DNA of 64,000 nt from an uncultured Spirochaetales bacterium (GTDB lineage Bacteria > Spirochaetota > Spirochaetia > SPDA01 > CAZJBZ01). Location: NCBI GenBank assembly GCA_964594055.1, contig CAZQKT010000001.1, positions 11,577 through 75,576 on the forward strand. Direction: 5' to 3'. Positions 47,050 through 57,423 of the stretch are shown here, one piece after another. Below the pieces are notes generated by a model, which searched no databases, had not been told where the DNA came from, and saw only the letters and a list, made by a program, of their open reading frames with translations. The position numbers and the translations under genes were made by a program. Every line of letters starts with the position of its first letter. The first letter of the stretch is position 1.

Positions 47050-47724
47050 TTATATGTACTGTTTATAATCGGAGACCAGGAGGTGAAGTGGGGACTCATC
47101 CTCTTCTATCCGTGGAAACCGACCCATCTCCTCGTAGAACCGGTTGTCCGCATTGTCGTCGTTGGTCATACTGACCTCTCCGACAAGAACCGTCCCTTTT
47201 CCCTTCTCGCCGTAGAACCGGTGATAGACCCGCTGTTCGAGACAGATGCTTTCTCCGGGGGTGAGTACGACCTTCTCCCCCGGCGCCACCTCTCTTTTTA
47301 TACCGTCAATCGATACAACTGTGGTCTTCCCGGAAAACTTGTCATGTTCATCGGCGCTGTAGAGTTCCAATACCAGATTGCCGCCGCCGCGGTTTATGAT
47401 ATCTTCCATCTTATACCAGTGAAAATGAAAGGGCGTCTCCTGTTCTTCTTCCGAGATCAGAACTTTTTCCGCATACGGTTTCTTGTCCTTTTTTATATTA
47501 CCGTTGCGAAGGGTAAACAGAAACAATCCCCGATGCAGATAATTTCCATGACCGAAATCGGTTATGTCCCAGCCTAACATGTTGTCGATTATTTCACTGC
47601 ACCGATCGTACTGTCCTTTCCATTTTTCAGAAGGCCAAAAAGCCCAGGGGGGGAGTTTGAAGTTCATCGTATCGAGGAACTGCTTGGCTTCAGTAATGAT
47701 TGCGTTGATCTCACTTCGTTTCAT
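47050..47724 (-). CDS. Cupin-fold D-lyxose/D-mannose ketol-isomerase-like protein
   Basis: 224 aa. The segment ETPFHFHWYKMEDIINRGGGNLVLELY matches the metal-binding core of D-lyxose isomerases (H-x-H...K-x-E-D-I-I-N-R-G-G-G). Confidence 0.5.
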   Translation of the reverse strand: MKRSEINAIITEAKQFLDTMNFKLPPWAFWPSEKWKGQYDRCSEIIDNMLGWDITDFGHGNYLHRGLFLFTLRNGNIKKDKKPYAEKVLISEEEQETPFHFHWYKMEDIINRGGGNLVLELYSADEHDKFSGKTTVVSIDGIKREVAPGEKVVLTPGESICLEQRVYHRFYGEKGKGTVLVGEVSMTNDDNADNRFYEEMGRFPRIEEDESPLHLLVSDYKQYI

Positions 47725-47784
47725 GTGCTAACCTCACGTTCCATCCTATACGATAAAACAACGGAAATGCAAGCTTCCATGGGG

Positions 47785-47809
47785 TGACGCACCCGTGGAT
47801 GACGCACCC
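47785..47809. promoter_or_regulatory. Direct repeat TGACGCACCC x2 (15-bp periodicity) between divergent lyxose-isomerase-like and PfkB-kinase genes
   Basis: ggTGACGCACCCgtggaTGACGCACCCcggg read directly. Candidate operator for the sugar operon regulators. Confidence 0.35.
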
Positions 47810-47873
47810 CGGGTTGACTGCTGTGTAAGAAAAAGAGAGTATTAAAACAGTTTTACAGGAGAAGGAGCGTTTT

Positions 47874-48800
47874 ATGGACCATACAATCGTTGCTTATGGA
47901 GAGGCCCTATGGGATATACTCCCTTCGGGGTCCGTACTGGGCGGCGCACCGCTTAATTTCGCCTATCGGGCCGATGCACTGGGAAACACTGTATTTATGG
48001 TCAGTAAATTGGGCGAAGATGAACTCGGGGAGAAGGCCCTCTCCCTGATTCAGGAACTCGGTATGGATACGACTTATATCCAGCGGGACAATGCCTACCC
48101 AACCGGTACGGTGAATGTCTTTTTCGATGAGAACAGGAATCCTGATTACACCATCAATGAAGGTGTCGCCTATGATCACATTACACGTACCGATGCCCTC
48201 ACTGAGCTGGCCGGGAAAGCGGATTGCCTCTGTTTCGGGTCACTGATTCAACGCGAAGAGGAGTCTCGTAGAACGCTCTATTCTCTGCTCGAAACGTTTG
48301 GGGGAACCTATAAACTCTTTGATATAAACGTACGGAAAAATTGCTATTCGAGGGAGACGATCGAAACCTCGCTCGAGTATGCCGATATCCTTAAATTAAA
48401 CGAAGAGGAGATAGCGTATCTCGACGAACTGTTCAATTTTGGAGAATCGACGATTGCAGGACGCAGCAGCCGAATCCTCACTGAGTTCGGACTCACATAC
48501 TGTCTGGTCACCATGGGTGATAAGGGCTCATTTGCAGTCTCGGATAAGGGTGAGAAGATCTATGGTCCCGGATATAAAGTAGAACTAATCGATCCGGTAG
48601 GTTCCGGTGATGCGTGTACTGCAGGATTTATTCATAAACTCCTCGTGGGAACGAGCTTAGAAGAAGCCGTAAGGTTCGGTAACGGGTATGGGGCCCTCGT
48701 TGCAGGACAAGAGGGAGCAACGAAACCGATTTCCAAACAGCAGATTGAAGAGTTTATCCGAACGAACCCCTACAGCGGATATTACGATGAGTTCAAATAG
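47874..48800 (+). CDS. PfkB-family carbohydrate kinase (fructokinase/ribokinase-like)
   Basis: 308 aa. N-terminal GEALWDILPSGSVLGGAPLNFAY and the C-terminal PfkB signature DPVGSGDACTAGFI. Confidence 0.8.
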   Translation: MDHTIVAYGEALWDILPSGSVLGGAPLNFAYRADALGNTVFMVSKLGEDELGEKALSLIQELGMDTTYIQRDNAYPTGTVNVFFDENRNPDYTINEGVAYDHITRTDALTELAGKADCLCFGSLIQREEESRRTLYSLLETFGGTYKLFDINVRKNCYSRETIETSLEYADILKLNEEEIAYLDELFNFGESTIAGRSSRILTEFGLTYCLVTMGDKGSFAVSDKGEKIYGPGYKVELIDPVGSGDACTAGFIHKLLVGTSLEEAVRFGNGYGALVAGQEGATKPISKQQIEEFIRTNPYSGYYDEFK

Positions 48801-48906
48801 ATTTTTCTCGAAATAGCGACTGAATCCGGCACATTCTACTTGTAAGAAAAAGAAATTAATAATAGATTAATAACAGTTTAGAAAGGAAAAAGTAAAAGAA
48901 AAGATA

Positions 48907-49662
48907 GTGTCAATCAGTCTTTCCGAAAGAGAAAAAGCATTGCTCGAGCTTCTCTCCGAAGACAGCAATCTCTCCGTATCGGAGGTAAGCAAGCTGCTGA
49001 AGGTCTCGGCGGTGACCGCGAGAAACGACCTCGACAGTCTCGCCGAGAAAGGGTTTATTATCAGGACCCGAGGTGGGGCTTTTCCGGCCTTTCATCCGAG
49101 TATCATGGAACGACAAAAAAACATGATCGAGGCGAAGAACAGGATTTCAAAACGGGCCGCCTCGATCATCGAAGACGGGGACAAAATAATGATCGAGGCA
49201 GGAACGACCACTGCGTTTGTGGCGAAATTTCTGCTCGGGAAGCGTGACATCGATATTGTGACCAATTCGGCGCTCATTCTCCCTTACGCCCGGTCAAATC
49301 CTTCGATTCATCTGACCATGGTGGGGGGAGAGTTCCGTGCTTCTACAGAATCGTTTGTCGGTTCAATTACCCTGCGGGAACTCGAACAGTTCCATGTCCG
49401 GTATGCGTTCGTCGGAACGGACGGGTTTTCGATCGAAACGGGGTTGACGACCCATCTTGCGGAAGGGGCGGAAATTGTTCGGAAGATGTCGATGCAGGCT
49501 GAAAAAACCGTCGTTGTTGCTGATTCCTCGAAATACGGTAAATCCGGATTCGCCAGGGTCTTGCCGCTTGGTGATGCGGATGTGTTTATCAGCGATTCGG
49601 GAATGCAGCCGGAGGTGCGAAGCAGGCTCGAAGAAGAGGGAATTCATTTGATTCTTGTATGA
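48907..49662 (+). CDS. DeoR-family transcriptional regulator
   Basis: 251 aa. N-terminal HTH (LSVSEVSKLLKVSAVTARNDLDSLAEKGFIIRTRGG) and a DeoR C-terminal sugar-phosphate-binding domain. GTG start. Confidence 0.8.
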   Translation: MSISLSEREKALLELLSEDSNLSVSEVSKLLKVSAVTARNDLDSLAEKGFIIRTRGGAFPAFHPSIMERQKNMIEAKNRISKRAASIIEDGDKIMIEAGTTTAFVAKFLLGKRDIDIVTNSALILPYARSNPSIHLTMVGGEFRASTESFVGSITLRELEQFHVRYAFVGTDGFSIETGLTTHLAEGAEIVRKMSMQAEKTVVVADSSKYGKSGFARVLPLGDADVFISDSGMQPEVRSRLEEEGIHLILV

Positions 49663-49701
49663 AAGAACTTCGATTGACGTAAATAGAGAGGAGATTACGA
49701 T

Positions 49702-51012
49702 ATGGCAAATCAAGTTTTAATGCCGAGACAGGGAAATACAGTAGAATCCTGTATTATTCTGGAATGGAAGAAAAACGAAGGAGATTCGATAAAAGAGGGA
49801 GAAGTCCTCTGCGAAGTGGAAACCGATAAAGCGACCTTTGAAGTCGAATCGGAAAACGGCGGAACGGTACTGAAGCGTTTCTTTGAAGAAGGTGACGATG
49901 TACCGGTACTCACACCTATTGCTGTAATCGGAGAGCCGGGGGAAGACATTTCCGGACTCGGTCCCGAGGGAGGCGAAGAGGAGAGCGAAAAAGAGACCGG
50001 AACTGCCGCAGGGAAACAGCCTGCGGCCGGTTCGGGTAAAGAGCCTGCAAGGACCCCGAGCGGAAAAATCGCTATATCTCCGCGGGCAAAACACCTTGCA
50101 GAGAGTAAAGGAATCGACTACAGGACCGTTGCCGGGACCGGCCCCGGAGGCCGGATTATCGAACGGGACATAAAATATGTATTAAGCGGTCAAGAGTCAC
50201 TTACTTCGGCTGCAGTCGAATCCATTATCGCCTCTGCTATGGAATCTGAAGGCAGAGAAAGTATACCGGCAGGCGGAGCGGAAACCGAAGCAGCAGTTTC
50301 GCGCGCACCGTTTCCCGGCAGATATGATGAGATTCCGGTCAAAGGTGTGCGGAAGGTAATTGCGGCAAAGATGGTGGAATCGCTTACTACTACTGCCCAG
50401 CTTACGCTCAACGGTTCAGCGGACGCTACCGGGCTTCTCGCCTACCGAAAAAAGTTGAAGAACAGCCCCAGGGAGTTCGGGGTGCAGGATGTTACGATCA
50501 ATGATATCGTTATGTTTGTGGTCTCGAGGATTCTTCCCCGGTTCCCGGACATGAATGCCCATTTCTTAGGGGACACAATACGGGAGTTCGACAATGTGCA
50601 CCTCGGATTTGCCGTAGATACGTTCAAAGGACTGATGGTCCCGGTTGTCCGCAACGCAAATCTGCTGAGCCTCAAAGAGATTGCAAAAGAAGCAAAACGG
50701 CTTTCGGCCCGGTGCTCGGAAAGCAAGATCGAAGCAGATGAGCTTACCGGCGGGACGTTTACCGTAACGAACTTAGGGGTGTTAGGGGTCGAGAGTTTTA
50801 CACCGGTCCTTAATCCCCCGGAAGTGGGGATATTAGGGGTCTGTTCCATTCAGTTGAAGCCGGTGATGCGGGATGAGGAAGTGCAGCATATTCCGCATAT
50901 CGGTCTCTCTCTTACCTTTAATCACCAGGGAACGGACGGAGCTCCGGCAGCAAGGTTTTTAAAACAGATCTGTTATGCACTAGAAAATATTGAACTTATT
51001 TTGGCGCAGTAG
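49702..51012 (+). CDS. 2-oxo acid dehydrogenase complex E2 (dihydrolipoamide acyltransferase)
   Basis: 436 aa. Lipoyl domain (EGEVLCEVETDKATFEVES), E3-binding-like segment (AISPRAKHLAESKGIDYRTV), and catalytic domain with the DHR-equivalent region (TFNHQGTDGAPAARFL). Confidence 0.8.
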   Translation: MANQVLMPRQGNTVESCIILEWKKNEGDSIKEGEVLCEVETDKATFEVESENGGTVLKRFFEEGDDVPVLTPIAVIGEPGEDISGLGPEGGEEESEKETGTAAGKQPAAGSGKEPARTPSGKIAISPRAKHLAESKGIDYRTVAGTGPGGRIIERDIKYVLSGQESLTSAAVESIIASAMESEGRESIPAGGAETEAAVSRAPFPGRYDEIPVKGVRKVIAAKMVESLTTTAQLTLNGSADATGLLAYRKKLKNSPREFGVQDVTINDIVMFVVSRILPRFPDMNAHFLGDTIREFDNVHLGFAVDTFKGLMVPVVRNANLLSLKEIAKEAKRLSARCSESKIEADELTGGTFTVTNLGVLGVESFTPVLNPPEVGILGVCSIQLKPVMRDEEVQHIPHIGLSLTFNHQGTDGAPAARFLKQICYALENIELILAQ

Positions 51013-51045
51013 CACGTTAGCACGTGCCGTAAAGAGGAGTAAATT

Positions 51046-53502
51046 ATGCCTAAATCATTAGTTGTGAATCCAAAAGATGTCAGAAAATCAACCAAGATAA
51101 AAATTAAAGATATCCCGGTCAATCAGTACAAACCTGATTTCGAGAAGGAGAAGAAAAAGTACGGAGCAGGGGGGCTGAAGACCATCTACTATCACATGCT
51201 TCTCATCCGGGAGTTCGAGACAATGCTCGATTCGATCAAGAAGCAGGGTAATTATCAGGGAATCGAATACAATCACCGCGGTCCGGCACATCTTTCTATG
51301 GGACAGGAATCAGCCGCTGTCGGCCAGTGTACCGTTTTAGACACGGATGATATGATTTTCGGTTCCCACAGAAGCCACGGAGAGATTCTCGCCAAGTGTT
51401 TCTCCGCGGTAGAGAAACTCGATGACGATACTCTGACCGAGATTATGAAAGAGTATATGGGCGGCGAAGCGCTCAAAATCGTAGAAAAAGAGCATAAAGG
51501 TGATGTAAAGGAGCTTGCCTATAATTTCGTCCTCTACGGGACCCTCGCTGAGATTTTTGCCCGGGCCCCCGGGTTTAACAGGGGATTAGGCGGTTCGATG
51601 CACGCTTTCTTTGCACCGTTCGGCAGCATGCCGAACAATGCCATTGTCGGCGGCTCCGGCGATATCTGTGTGGGAGCAGCACTTTTCAAACGGATCAATC
51701 GGAAACCCGGTATTGTTATCGGAAATATCGGTGATGCCTCCATGGGATGCGGCCCGGTATGGGAAGGGATGATGGTCGCGGCTATGGAACAGTATCGGAC
51801 CCTCTGGGACAAGGAGATCGGTGGTGCTCCGCCGATTATGTTCAACTTTTTCAACAATTTTTACGGCATGGGTGGGCAGACCGCAGGAGAAACCATGGGG
51901 TTCGGCGTACTTGCCCGGGTCGGGGCCGGGGTGAATCCGGACAACATGCATTCAGAGCGGGTAGACGGATACAATCCTTTGGCTGTTGCTGATGCAGTGG
52001 AGAGAAAGAAAAAAATCCTCCTTAAAGGAGAAGGACCCGTTCTCCTCGATACCGTCACCTACCGGCTCTCCGGACATTCACCTTCGGATGCTATGTCCTA
52101 CCGGACGAAAGACGAGCTTGCCCTGTGGGAACAGGGGGACGCTATCATCGAATATGGGAACTATCTGGAGAAAAACGGTGTGCTCTCGGGCAGTGAAAAG
52201 GACGAGTTGAAAGAGAAGGTAGTATCGAAGATTACCGAAACGATGAAACTTGCTATCGATCTCGATATATCTCCCCGAGTAGACGGCCCCTTTGTCGAAT
52301 CGGTCATGTTTTCCAACGAAAAGGTGGACAGGTTCGAGGACAGAGAACCGGAGGTCCTTCTCAAAAAAGAGGAAAACCCCCGGGTAAAATCACTCAAGAA
52401 CAAGGCCCGGTACGGACTCGATGAGAACGGTAAGCCTTTGGCGAAAAACAAAGTGTTTGCCCTCCGCGATGCATTGTTCGAAGCGATGCTCTACAGGTTT
52501 TACGAAGACCCGACCATGGTCGCCTACGGTGAAGAGAACCGGGACTGGGGAGGTGCATTTGCAGTCTACCGGGGGCTTACGGAATCGCTTCCCTATCACC
52601 GGCTTTTTAATTCATCCATCTCGGAAGGGGCCATTGCAGGCTCCGGGGCCGGATACGCAATGAGCGGTGGAAGGGCGGTAGTGGAGCTCATGTACTGCGA
52701 CTTTTTAGGACGTGCAGGGGATGAGATATTCAACCAGGTTTCCAAGTGGCAGAGTATGTCCGCCGGAGTGCTTACAATGCCTCTTACAGTCAGGGTAAGT
52801 GTGGGGAACAAATACGGGGCCCAACACTCTCAGGACTGGACAGCACTTGTCGCCCACATCCCCGGATTGAAGGCGATGTTTCCGGCCACCCCGTACGATG
52901 CTAAGGGAATGCTCAATCTGGCCCTGCGGGGAACAGACCCGGTGATCTTTTTCGAAAGCCAAAAAATCTACGATATGGGAGAACGGTTTGTACTCGACGG
53001 TGTGCCGGAAGGCTACTACGAAGTAGAGGAAGGGATGCCGGTGGTACGTCGCACCGGAGATCATATCACCATCGCCACCATCGGTGCTACACTCTATACC
53101 GCAGTAGAAGTAGTGGATGAATTAAAAGAGAAGTACGGACTGGATGCGGAACTGATCGACCTCCGGTTCATCAATCCGCTCAACTATGATGTGCTTGTCG
53201 AATCGGTCAAGAAGACCGGGAAATTGGTCCTCGCCTCCGATGCCTGCGAGAGAAACTCATTTCTTCACACCGTGGCTTCAAATGTGAACCAGATCGCTTT
53301 TGACTTTCTCGACGGACCGCCGGTTGTAGTAGGGTCCCGTAACTGGATAACCCCCGCAGCAGAGATGGAAACGCTTTTCTTTCCGCAGAAGGAATGGATC
53401 ATCGATACCATTCATGAGCGGGTCCTGCCGCTTCCGGGACATACTCCTACGACGGTGCAGACCGCGGATGAACTCTTGAGAAGAAACAGACTCGGGGTGT
53501 AA
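51046..53502 (+). CDS. Fused E1 alpha-beta subunit of a TPP-dependent 2-oxo acid (pyruvate/acetoin-type) dehydrogenase
   Basis: 818 aa. N-terminal alpha-like TPP-binding region ([10 protein letters not shown]...[11 protein letters not shown]...GDASMG), then a beta-like transketolase-Pyr / C-terminal domain ([27 protein letters not shown]...). Confidence 0.75.
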   Translation: MPKSLVVNPKDVRKSTKIKIKDIPVNQYKPDFEKEKKKYGAGGLKTIYYHMLLIREFETMLDSIKKQGNYQGIEYNHRGPAHLSMGQESAAVGQCTVLDTDDMIFGSHRSHGEILAKCFSAVEKLDDDTLTEIMKEYMGGEALKIVEKEHKGDVKELAYNFVLYGTLAEIFARAPGFNRGLGGSMHAFFAPFGSMPNNAIVGGSGDICVGAALFKRINRKPGIVIGNIGDASMGCGPVWEGMMVAAMEQYRTLWDKEIGGAPPIMFNFFNNFYGMGGQTAGETMGFGVLARVGAGVNPDNMHSERVDGYNPLAVADAVERKKKILLKGEGPVLLDTVTYRLSGHSPSDAMSYRTKDELALWEQGDAIIEYGNYLEKNGVLSGSEKDELKEKVVSKITETMKLAIDLDISPRVDGPFVESVMFSNEKVDRFEDREPEVLLKKEENPRVKSLKNKARYGLDENGKPLAKNKVFALRDALFEAMLYRFYEDPTMVAYGEENRDWGGAFAVYRGLTESLPYHRLFNSSISEGAIAGSGAGYAMSGGRAVVELMYCDFLGRAGDEIFNQVSKWQSMSAGVLTMPLTVRVSVGNKYGAQHSQDWTALVAHIPGLKAMFPATPYDAKGMLNLALRGTDPVIFFESQKIYDMGERFVLDGVPEGYYEVEEGMPVVRRTGDHITIATIGATLYTAVEVVDELKEKYGLDAELIDLRFINPLNYDVLVESVKKTGKLVLASDACERNSFLHTVASNVNQIAFDFLDGPPVVVGSRNWITPAAEMETLFFPQKEWIIDTIHERVLPLPGHTPTTVQTADELLRRNRLGV

Positions 53503-53506
53503 GAGC

Positions 53507-54835
53507 ATGGATGGTGATCAGAAGGCCCTGATAGGGCGGCTAAACGATCCTTCCAGGGAAAAACGGCTTGCCGCGGCGTACGAGGCCGGAAACGTTATCG
53601 CGGAAGGGGGTCTCACGGTAAAACAGACCGACGAGGTAAACAACCATGTGCACACCATCTATTCCTTCAGCCCCTACTCCCCGACCATGGCCGCTTTTAA
53701 GGCGTGGGAGGCCGGGCTGAAGGCGGTGGGGATTATGGACCACGATTCGGTTGCAGGCTGTGAAGAGTTGATCGAAGCCGGTAAACGTATAGGGATCGCC
53801 ACGACGGCTGGGTTCGAGCTTCGTGTCAATTTTTCCGGAACAAAACTGGAAGGAAGGCGCATTAACAGTCCCGATTCAAAAAATATTGCGTACATCGCCG
53901 TCCACGGTATACCGCACACCCGGTTTCGCGATGCAGAAGCGTTTCTCGAACCGCTCAATGAATACCGCAATGAGCGGAACCGGGTCCAGGTCCGAAAACT
54001 CAATGAAATTATTTCCTCATACGGAATGGAACCGATCGATTTTTACACCGAGGTGTATCCGCTCTCCCGGGCAAAAGAGGGGGGGAGTATTACCGAACGG
54101 CACATTCTTTTTGCCCTGGTAAAAAAGATCATTGCCCGCACCGGAAAAGGAAAAGCTGTAGTCAACTTCGTAGAGACGACTCTCAATGTTCCCATTCCGC
54201 AGACGATAAAAGGATATTTGAACGACAGTAAAAATCCCCACTATGAGTATGACCTGTTAGGAGTGCTTAAAAGCTCGTTTCTGCCTCTCATCTTCGTGCA
54301 GCCGGATTACGATGAATGTCCTTCGGTCTTATCGATCGTCGAATTTGTCAAACAGATCGGTGCCATCCCTGCTTACGCCTATCTAGGTGATGTCTGTGAA
54401 AGTCCTACCGGAGATAAAAAGGCCCAGAAGTTCGAAGATGACTTTCTCGACGAGCTTATCGATGAGATTACCCGAATCGGTTTTAAAGCGGTCACCTATA
54501 TGCCTCCCCGAAACAGTGCCCGACAGCTCGAACGGATCCAGCGGCTCTGCAAGGAACACGATCTTATGGAGATTAGCGGGGTGGACATCAACAGTTCGAG
54601 GCAGTCGTTTAACTGTCCTATCATCTTAGAACCCCGGTTTATCCATCTCGCCGATGCGACCTGGGCACTTATCGCCCATGAGAAAACTGCAACGGAATGG
54701 GGGGATAAATATGCCTTGTTCAGTGACGACAACCCCTTGAAAACTCTTCCGCTTAAGGAGAAAATTACGAAGTACAGCACTATCGGAAGAGAGCTTGATC
54801 CGAAAAATCCGGAAAAAATACCGGATTGGGAGTGA
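53507..54835 (+). CDS. PHP-domain metal-dependent phosphoesterase family protein
   Basis: 442 aa. The N-terminal NNHVHTIYSFSPYSP...GIMDHDSVAG matches PHP motif I/II (H-x-H...D-H). Confidence 0.5.
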   Translation: MDGDQKALIGRLNDPSREKRLAAAYEAGNVIAEGGLTVKQTDEVNNHVHTIYSFSPYSPTMAAFKAWEAGLKAVGIMDHDSVAGCEELIEAGKRIGIATTAGFELRVNFSGTKLEGRRINSPDSKNIAYIAVHGIPHTRFRDAEAFLEPLNEYRNERNRVQVRKLNEIISSYGMEPIDFYTEVYPLSRAKEGGSITERHILFALVKKIIARTGKGKAVVNFVETTLNVPIPQTIKGYLNDSKNPHYEYDLLGVLKSSFLPLIFVQPDYDECPSVLSIVEFVKQIGAIPAYAYLGDVCESPTGDKKAQKFEDDFLDELIDEITRIGFKAVTYMPPRNSARQLERIQRLCKEHDLMEISGVDINSSRQSFNCPIILEPRFIHLADATWALIAHEKTATEWGDKYALFSDDNPLKTLPLKEKITKYSTIGRELDPKNPEKIPDWE

Positions 54836-54837
54836 AC

Positions 54838-56118
54838 ATGTATCGGACACTAGCACCGCTTCTGCGGGGTCTCACGTATAACGGGCAATCCGGGAAAATC
54901 GTAACTTTCGAAGACGATGTCTCTAAGATAGGGTTTGTTAAAAAGCCGGAAAATAGTAATAAAGTGATAGCAGGGCTTTCTTTTTCCGGTAAGACTGAAA
55001 TCTGCGGCTGTACGCCGCTCTATATCGCGACCGGCGGCGGAGAAGAGAAAGGAGAGGGGAGCAGGGAACAGATCACTGCCGAGCTCATCGATAAAGTGGA
55101 ATCGTATAAGAAAGATTACCGGTGCGAACCGAAAATCGTTATTCTCGAAGACCGGGGTGTGTTTACACTGGGGGCAACCTACGATGATGCCCGGGCGGTC
55201 ATGGAGGGAATAACAAAACCGGTTTCTACATCTTTTCAGTCGGCTGACCCCGAGGGGCCGGCCACAGAGAAGGCGGAAAAGCGGAGCAGGGACGATGTGG
55301 TAAGAGGAAAGATATCTGTGGTGACCGGAGGCGCGCAAGGATTTGGTGAGGCCCTGGTGCGCAACCTTACTGCTGCGGGAAGTCTCGTGTTTATCGCTGA
55401 CATAAACCTCGAAGGGGCGGCATCTTTGGCCGACGAACTAAATGAAGCTGCGGGAGAAACTGTGGCCCTTCCTCTAGAAGTAAATGTTACCGACGAAGAA
55501 TCGGTACAAGCTATGATCGACGAGGTTGTCCGGAAAGCGGGGGGAATCGACCTCTACATAAGCAACGCCGGTGTTCTCAAGGCGGGCAGTGTAAAGGGGC
55601 TTTCCCTCAAAGATTTCCGGTTCGTAACCGATGTCAACTACATCGGCTATTTTTTAGGCGTAAAACATGCATCTCCGGTCATGGCACTTCAGAACAGGCC
55701 GAGCGGAGTTTACTTTACCGACATTATCCAGATCAATTCCAAGTCGGGACTCAAAGGGTCGAACAAAAACAGCGCCTACGCGGGGGCCAAGTTCGGAGGT
55801 ATCGGGCTTACCGAGAGTTTCGCCCTCGAGCTCATCGAAGACAACGTCAAAGTAAACTCGATCTGTCCGGGTAATTTTTTCGACGGTCCTCTCTGGTCGG
55901 ACCCGAAACGGGGTCTGTTCGTCCAGTATCTGAACACCGGGAAAGTCCCGGGTGCAAAATCGATCGAAGACGTAAAGAAATTTTACGAATCCCAAGTGCC
56001 CATGAGAAGGGGATGCAACGGAGACGACATTATCAAGACCGTCTACTACCTCGTCGAACAGAACTACGAGACAGGCCAGGCAGTTCCGGTAACCGGCGGA
56101 CAGATTATGATCAAATAG
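54838..56118 (+). CDS. Short-chain dehydrogenase/reductase (sorbitol-6-phosphate dehydrogenase-like) with ~150-aa N-terminal extension
   Basis: SDR core ISVVTGGAQGFGEALVRNL...NAGV...NSAYAGAKFGGIGLTESFALELIEDNVKVNSICPG resembles SrlD-type enzymes. The ORF opens at TTG 54826; the ATG at 54838 follows the PHP gene stop. Confidence 0.65.
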   Translation: MYRTLAPLLRGLTYNGQSGKIVTFEDDVSKIGFVKKPENSNKVIAGLSFSGKTEICGCTPLYIATGGGEEKGEGSREQITAELIDKVESYKKDYRCEPKIVILEDRGVFTLGATYDDARAVMEGITKPVSTSFQSADPEGPATEKAEKRSRDDVVRGKISVVTGGAQGFGEALVRNLTAAGSLVFIADINLEGAASLADELNEAAGETVALPLEVNVTDEESVQAMIDEVVRKAGGIDLYISNAGVLKAGSVKGLSLKDFRFVTDVNYIGYFLGVKHASPVMALQNRPSGVYFTDIIQINSKSGLKGSNKNSAYAGAKFGGIGLTESFALELIEDNVKVNSICPGNFFDGPLWSDPKRGLFVQYLNTGKVPGAKSIEDVKKFYESQVPMRRGCNGDDIIKTVYYLVEQNYETGQAVPVTGGQIMIK

Positions 56119-56127
56119 GAGCAGAGA

Positions 56128-57390
56128 ATGAAAACGAAAGCAGTACGAATATACGGAAAGGAAGACCTCCGGCTCGAAGAGTTCGATCTTCCCGAACTAA
56201 AGGACGATGAGATACTCGCCCACATCATCTCGGACAGCATCTGCATGTCCTCTTACAAGGCGGCCAAGCAGGGAGGAGACCACAAGCGGGTTCCCGATGA
56301 TGTCGACCAAAATCCCACGATCATCGGCCATGAGTTCTGCGGAGAGCTCGTCGAGGTCGGAAAAAAATGGAAGCACAAGTTCAAACCGGGCCGGCGGTTT
56401 TCCATCCAGCCGGCCCTCAACTATAAAGGCTCTCTCGAGGCCCCCGGTTATTCGTTTCGGTATATCGGGGGGGATGCCACCTATGTGATCATACCCTCCC
56501 CGGTCATGGAAATGGACTGCCTCTTAGAGTACAGAGGCGATGCGTTCTATGCAGGCTCGCTTGCCGAGCCGATGTCCTGCATTGTGGGCACGTTCCACGC
56601 CATGTACCACACCAAACCGGGCCGCTACGAGCACGAGATGGGAATTGTCGAGGGGGGAGATATGGCAATCCTTGCCGGAGTTGGGCCGATGGGCTTAGGG
56701 GCGATCGACTACGCCCTGCACAATCCCCGCAAACCGGGCAGACTGATCGTCACCGACATCGACCAAAACAGGCTCGACCGTGCCAAGCGGATCTACACTG
56801 AAAAAGAGGCTGCGGATGTGGGAATTGAGCTTACCTATGTCAACACGAAAGATCTCGACGACCCGGTAGGTCATCTCCGCGGATACACCGATGAAAAGGG
56901 ATTTGATGATGTCTTTGTCTTTGCTCCGGTAAAGCCGGTGGTAGAACAGGGAGATGCCATTTTAGGGAGGAACGGGTGTCTCAACTTTTTTGCAGGTCCT
57001 ACCGATCAGAGTTTTTCGGCACTGCTCAACTTCTACAACGTGCACTACCTCTCCACCCATATCGTAGGGACGAGCGGAGGCAATACTGAGGACATGCGGG
57101 AAGCACTCCAAATGATGGGGGACGGGCTTATCAATCCTGCTACGATGATAACCCATGTAGGAGGGATGGACGCGGTGGTCGAGACGACCCTGCATCTGCC
57201 CGATATTCCCGGGGGGAAAAAGCTCATCTACACCAATATCGATATGGCGCTGACCGCAATTGCCGACTTCGAAAAGAAGGGGAAAGACGATCCTCTTTTT
57301 GCTGAACTTGCAAAACTGGTAGAAAAGAGTAACGGATTGTGGAATGTCGAAGCGGAGAAATATCTGCTCGAACATGCAAAAGGGATCTAG
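56128..57390 (+). CDS. Zinc-dependent medium-chain dehydrogenase (polyol dehydrogenase-like)
   Basis: 420 aa. Catalytic zinc ligands in ISDSICMSSYK...IIGHEFCGELVEVG, and a Rossmann motif AILAGVGPMGLGAIDYAL. Confidence 0.7.
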   Translation: MKTKAVRIYGKEDLRLEEFDLPELKDDEILAHIISDSICMSSYKAAKQGGDHKRVPDDVDQNPTIIGHEFCGELVEVGKKWKHKFKPGRRFSIQPALNYKGSLEAPGYSFRYIGGDATYVIIPSPVMEMDCLLEYRGDAFYAGSLAEPMSCIVGTFHAMYHTKPGRYEHEMGIVEGGDMAILAGVGPMGLGAIDYALHNPRKPGRLIVTDIDQNRLDRAKRIYTEKEAADVGIELTYVNTKDLDDPVGHLRGYTDEKGFDDVFVFAPVKPVVEQGDAILGRNGCLNFFAGPTDQSFSALLNFYNVHYLSTHIVGTSGGNTEDMREALQMMGDGLINPATMITHVGGMDAVVETTLHLPDIPGGKKLIYTNIDMALTAIADFEKKGKDDPLFAELAKLVEKSNGLWNVEAEKYLLEHAKGI

Positions 57391-57423
57391 TTTCTATATA
57401 AAAAATGGAGAGAGGAGAAGAAC

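Noticed and set aside
54826-55290. Class II aldolase domain in the N-terminal extension of the SDR (suggesting a rhamnulose-1-P aldolase/dehydrogenase fusion)
   Set aside because: Only ~150 residues precede the SDR domain, too short for a full class II aldolase. Similarity is limited to a short GVFTLGAT stretch, so it is annotated only as an N-terminal extension.
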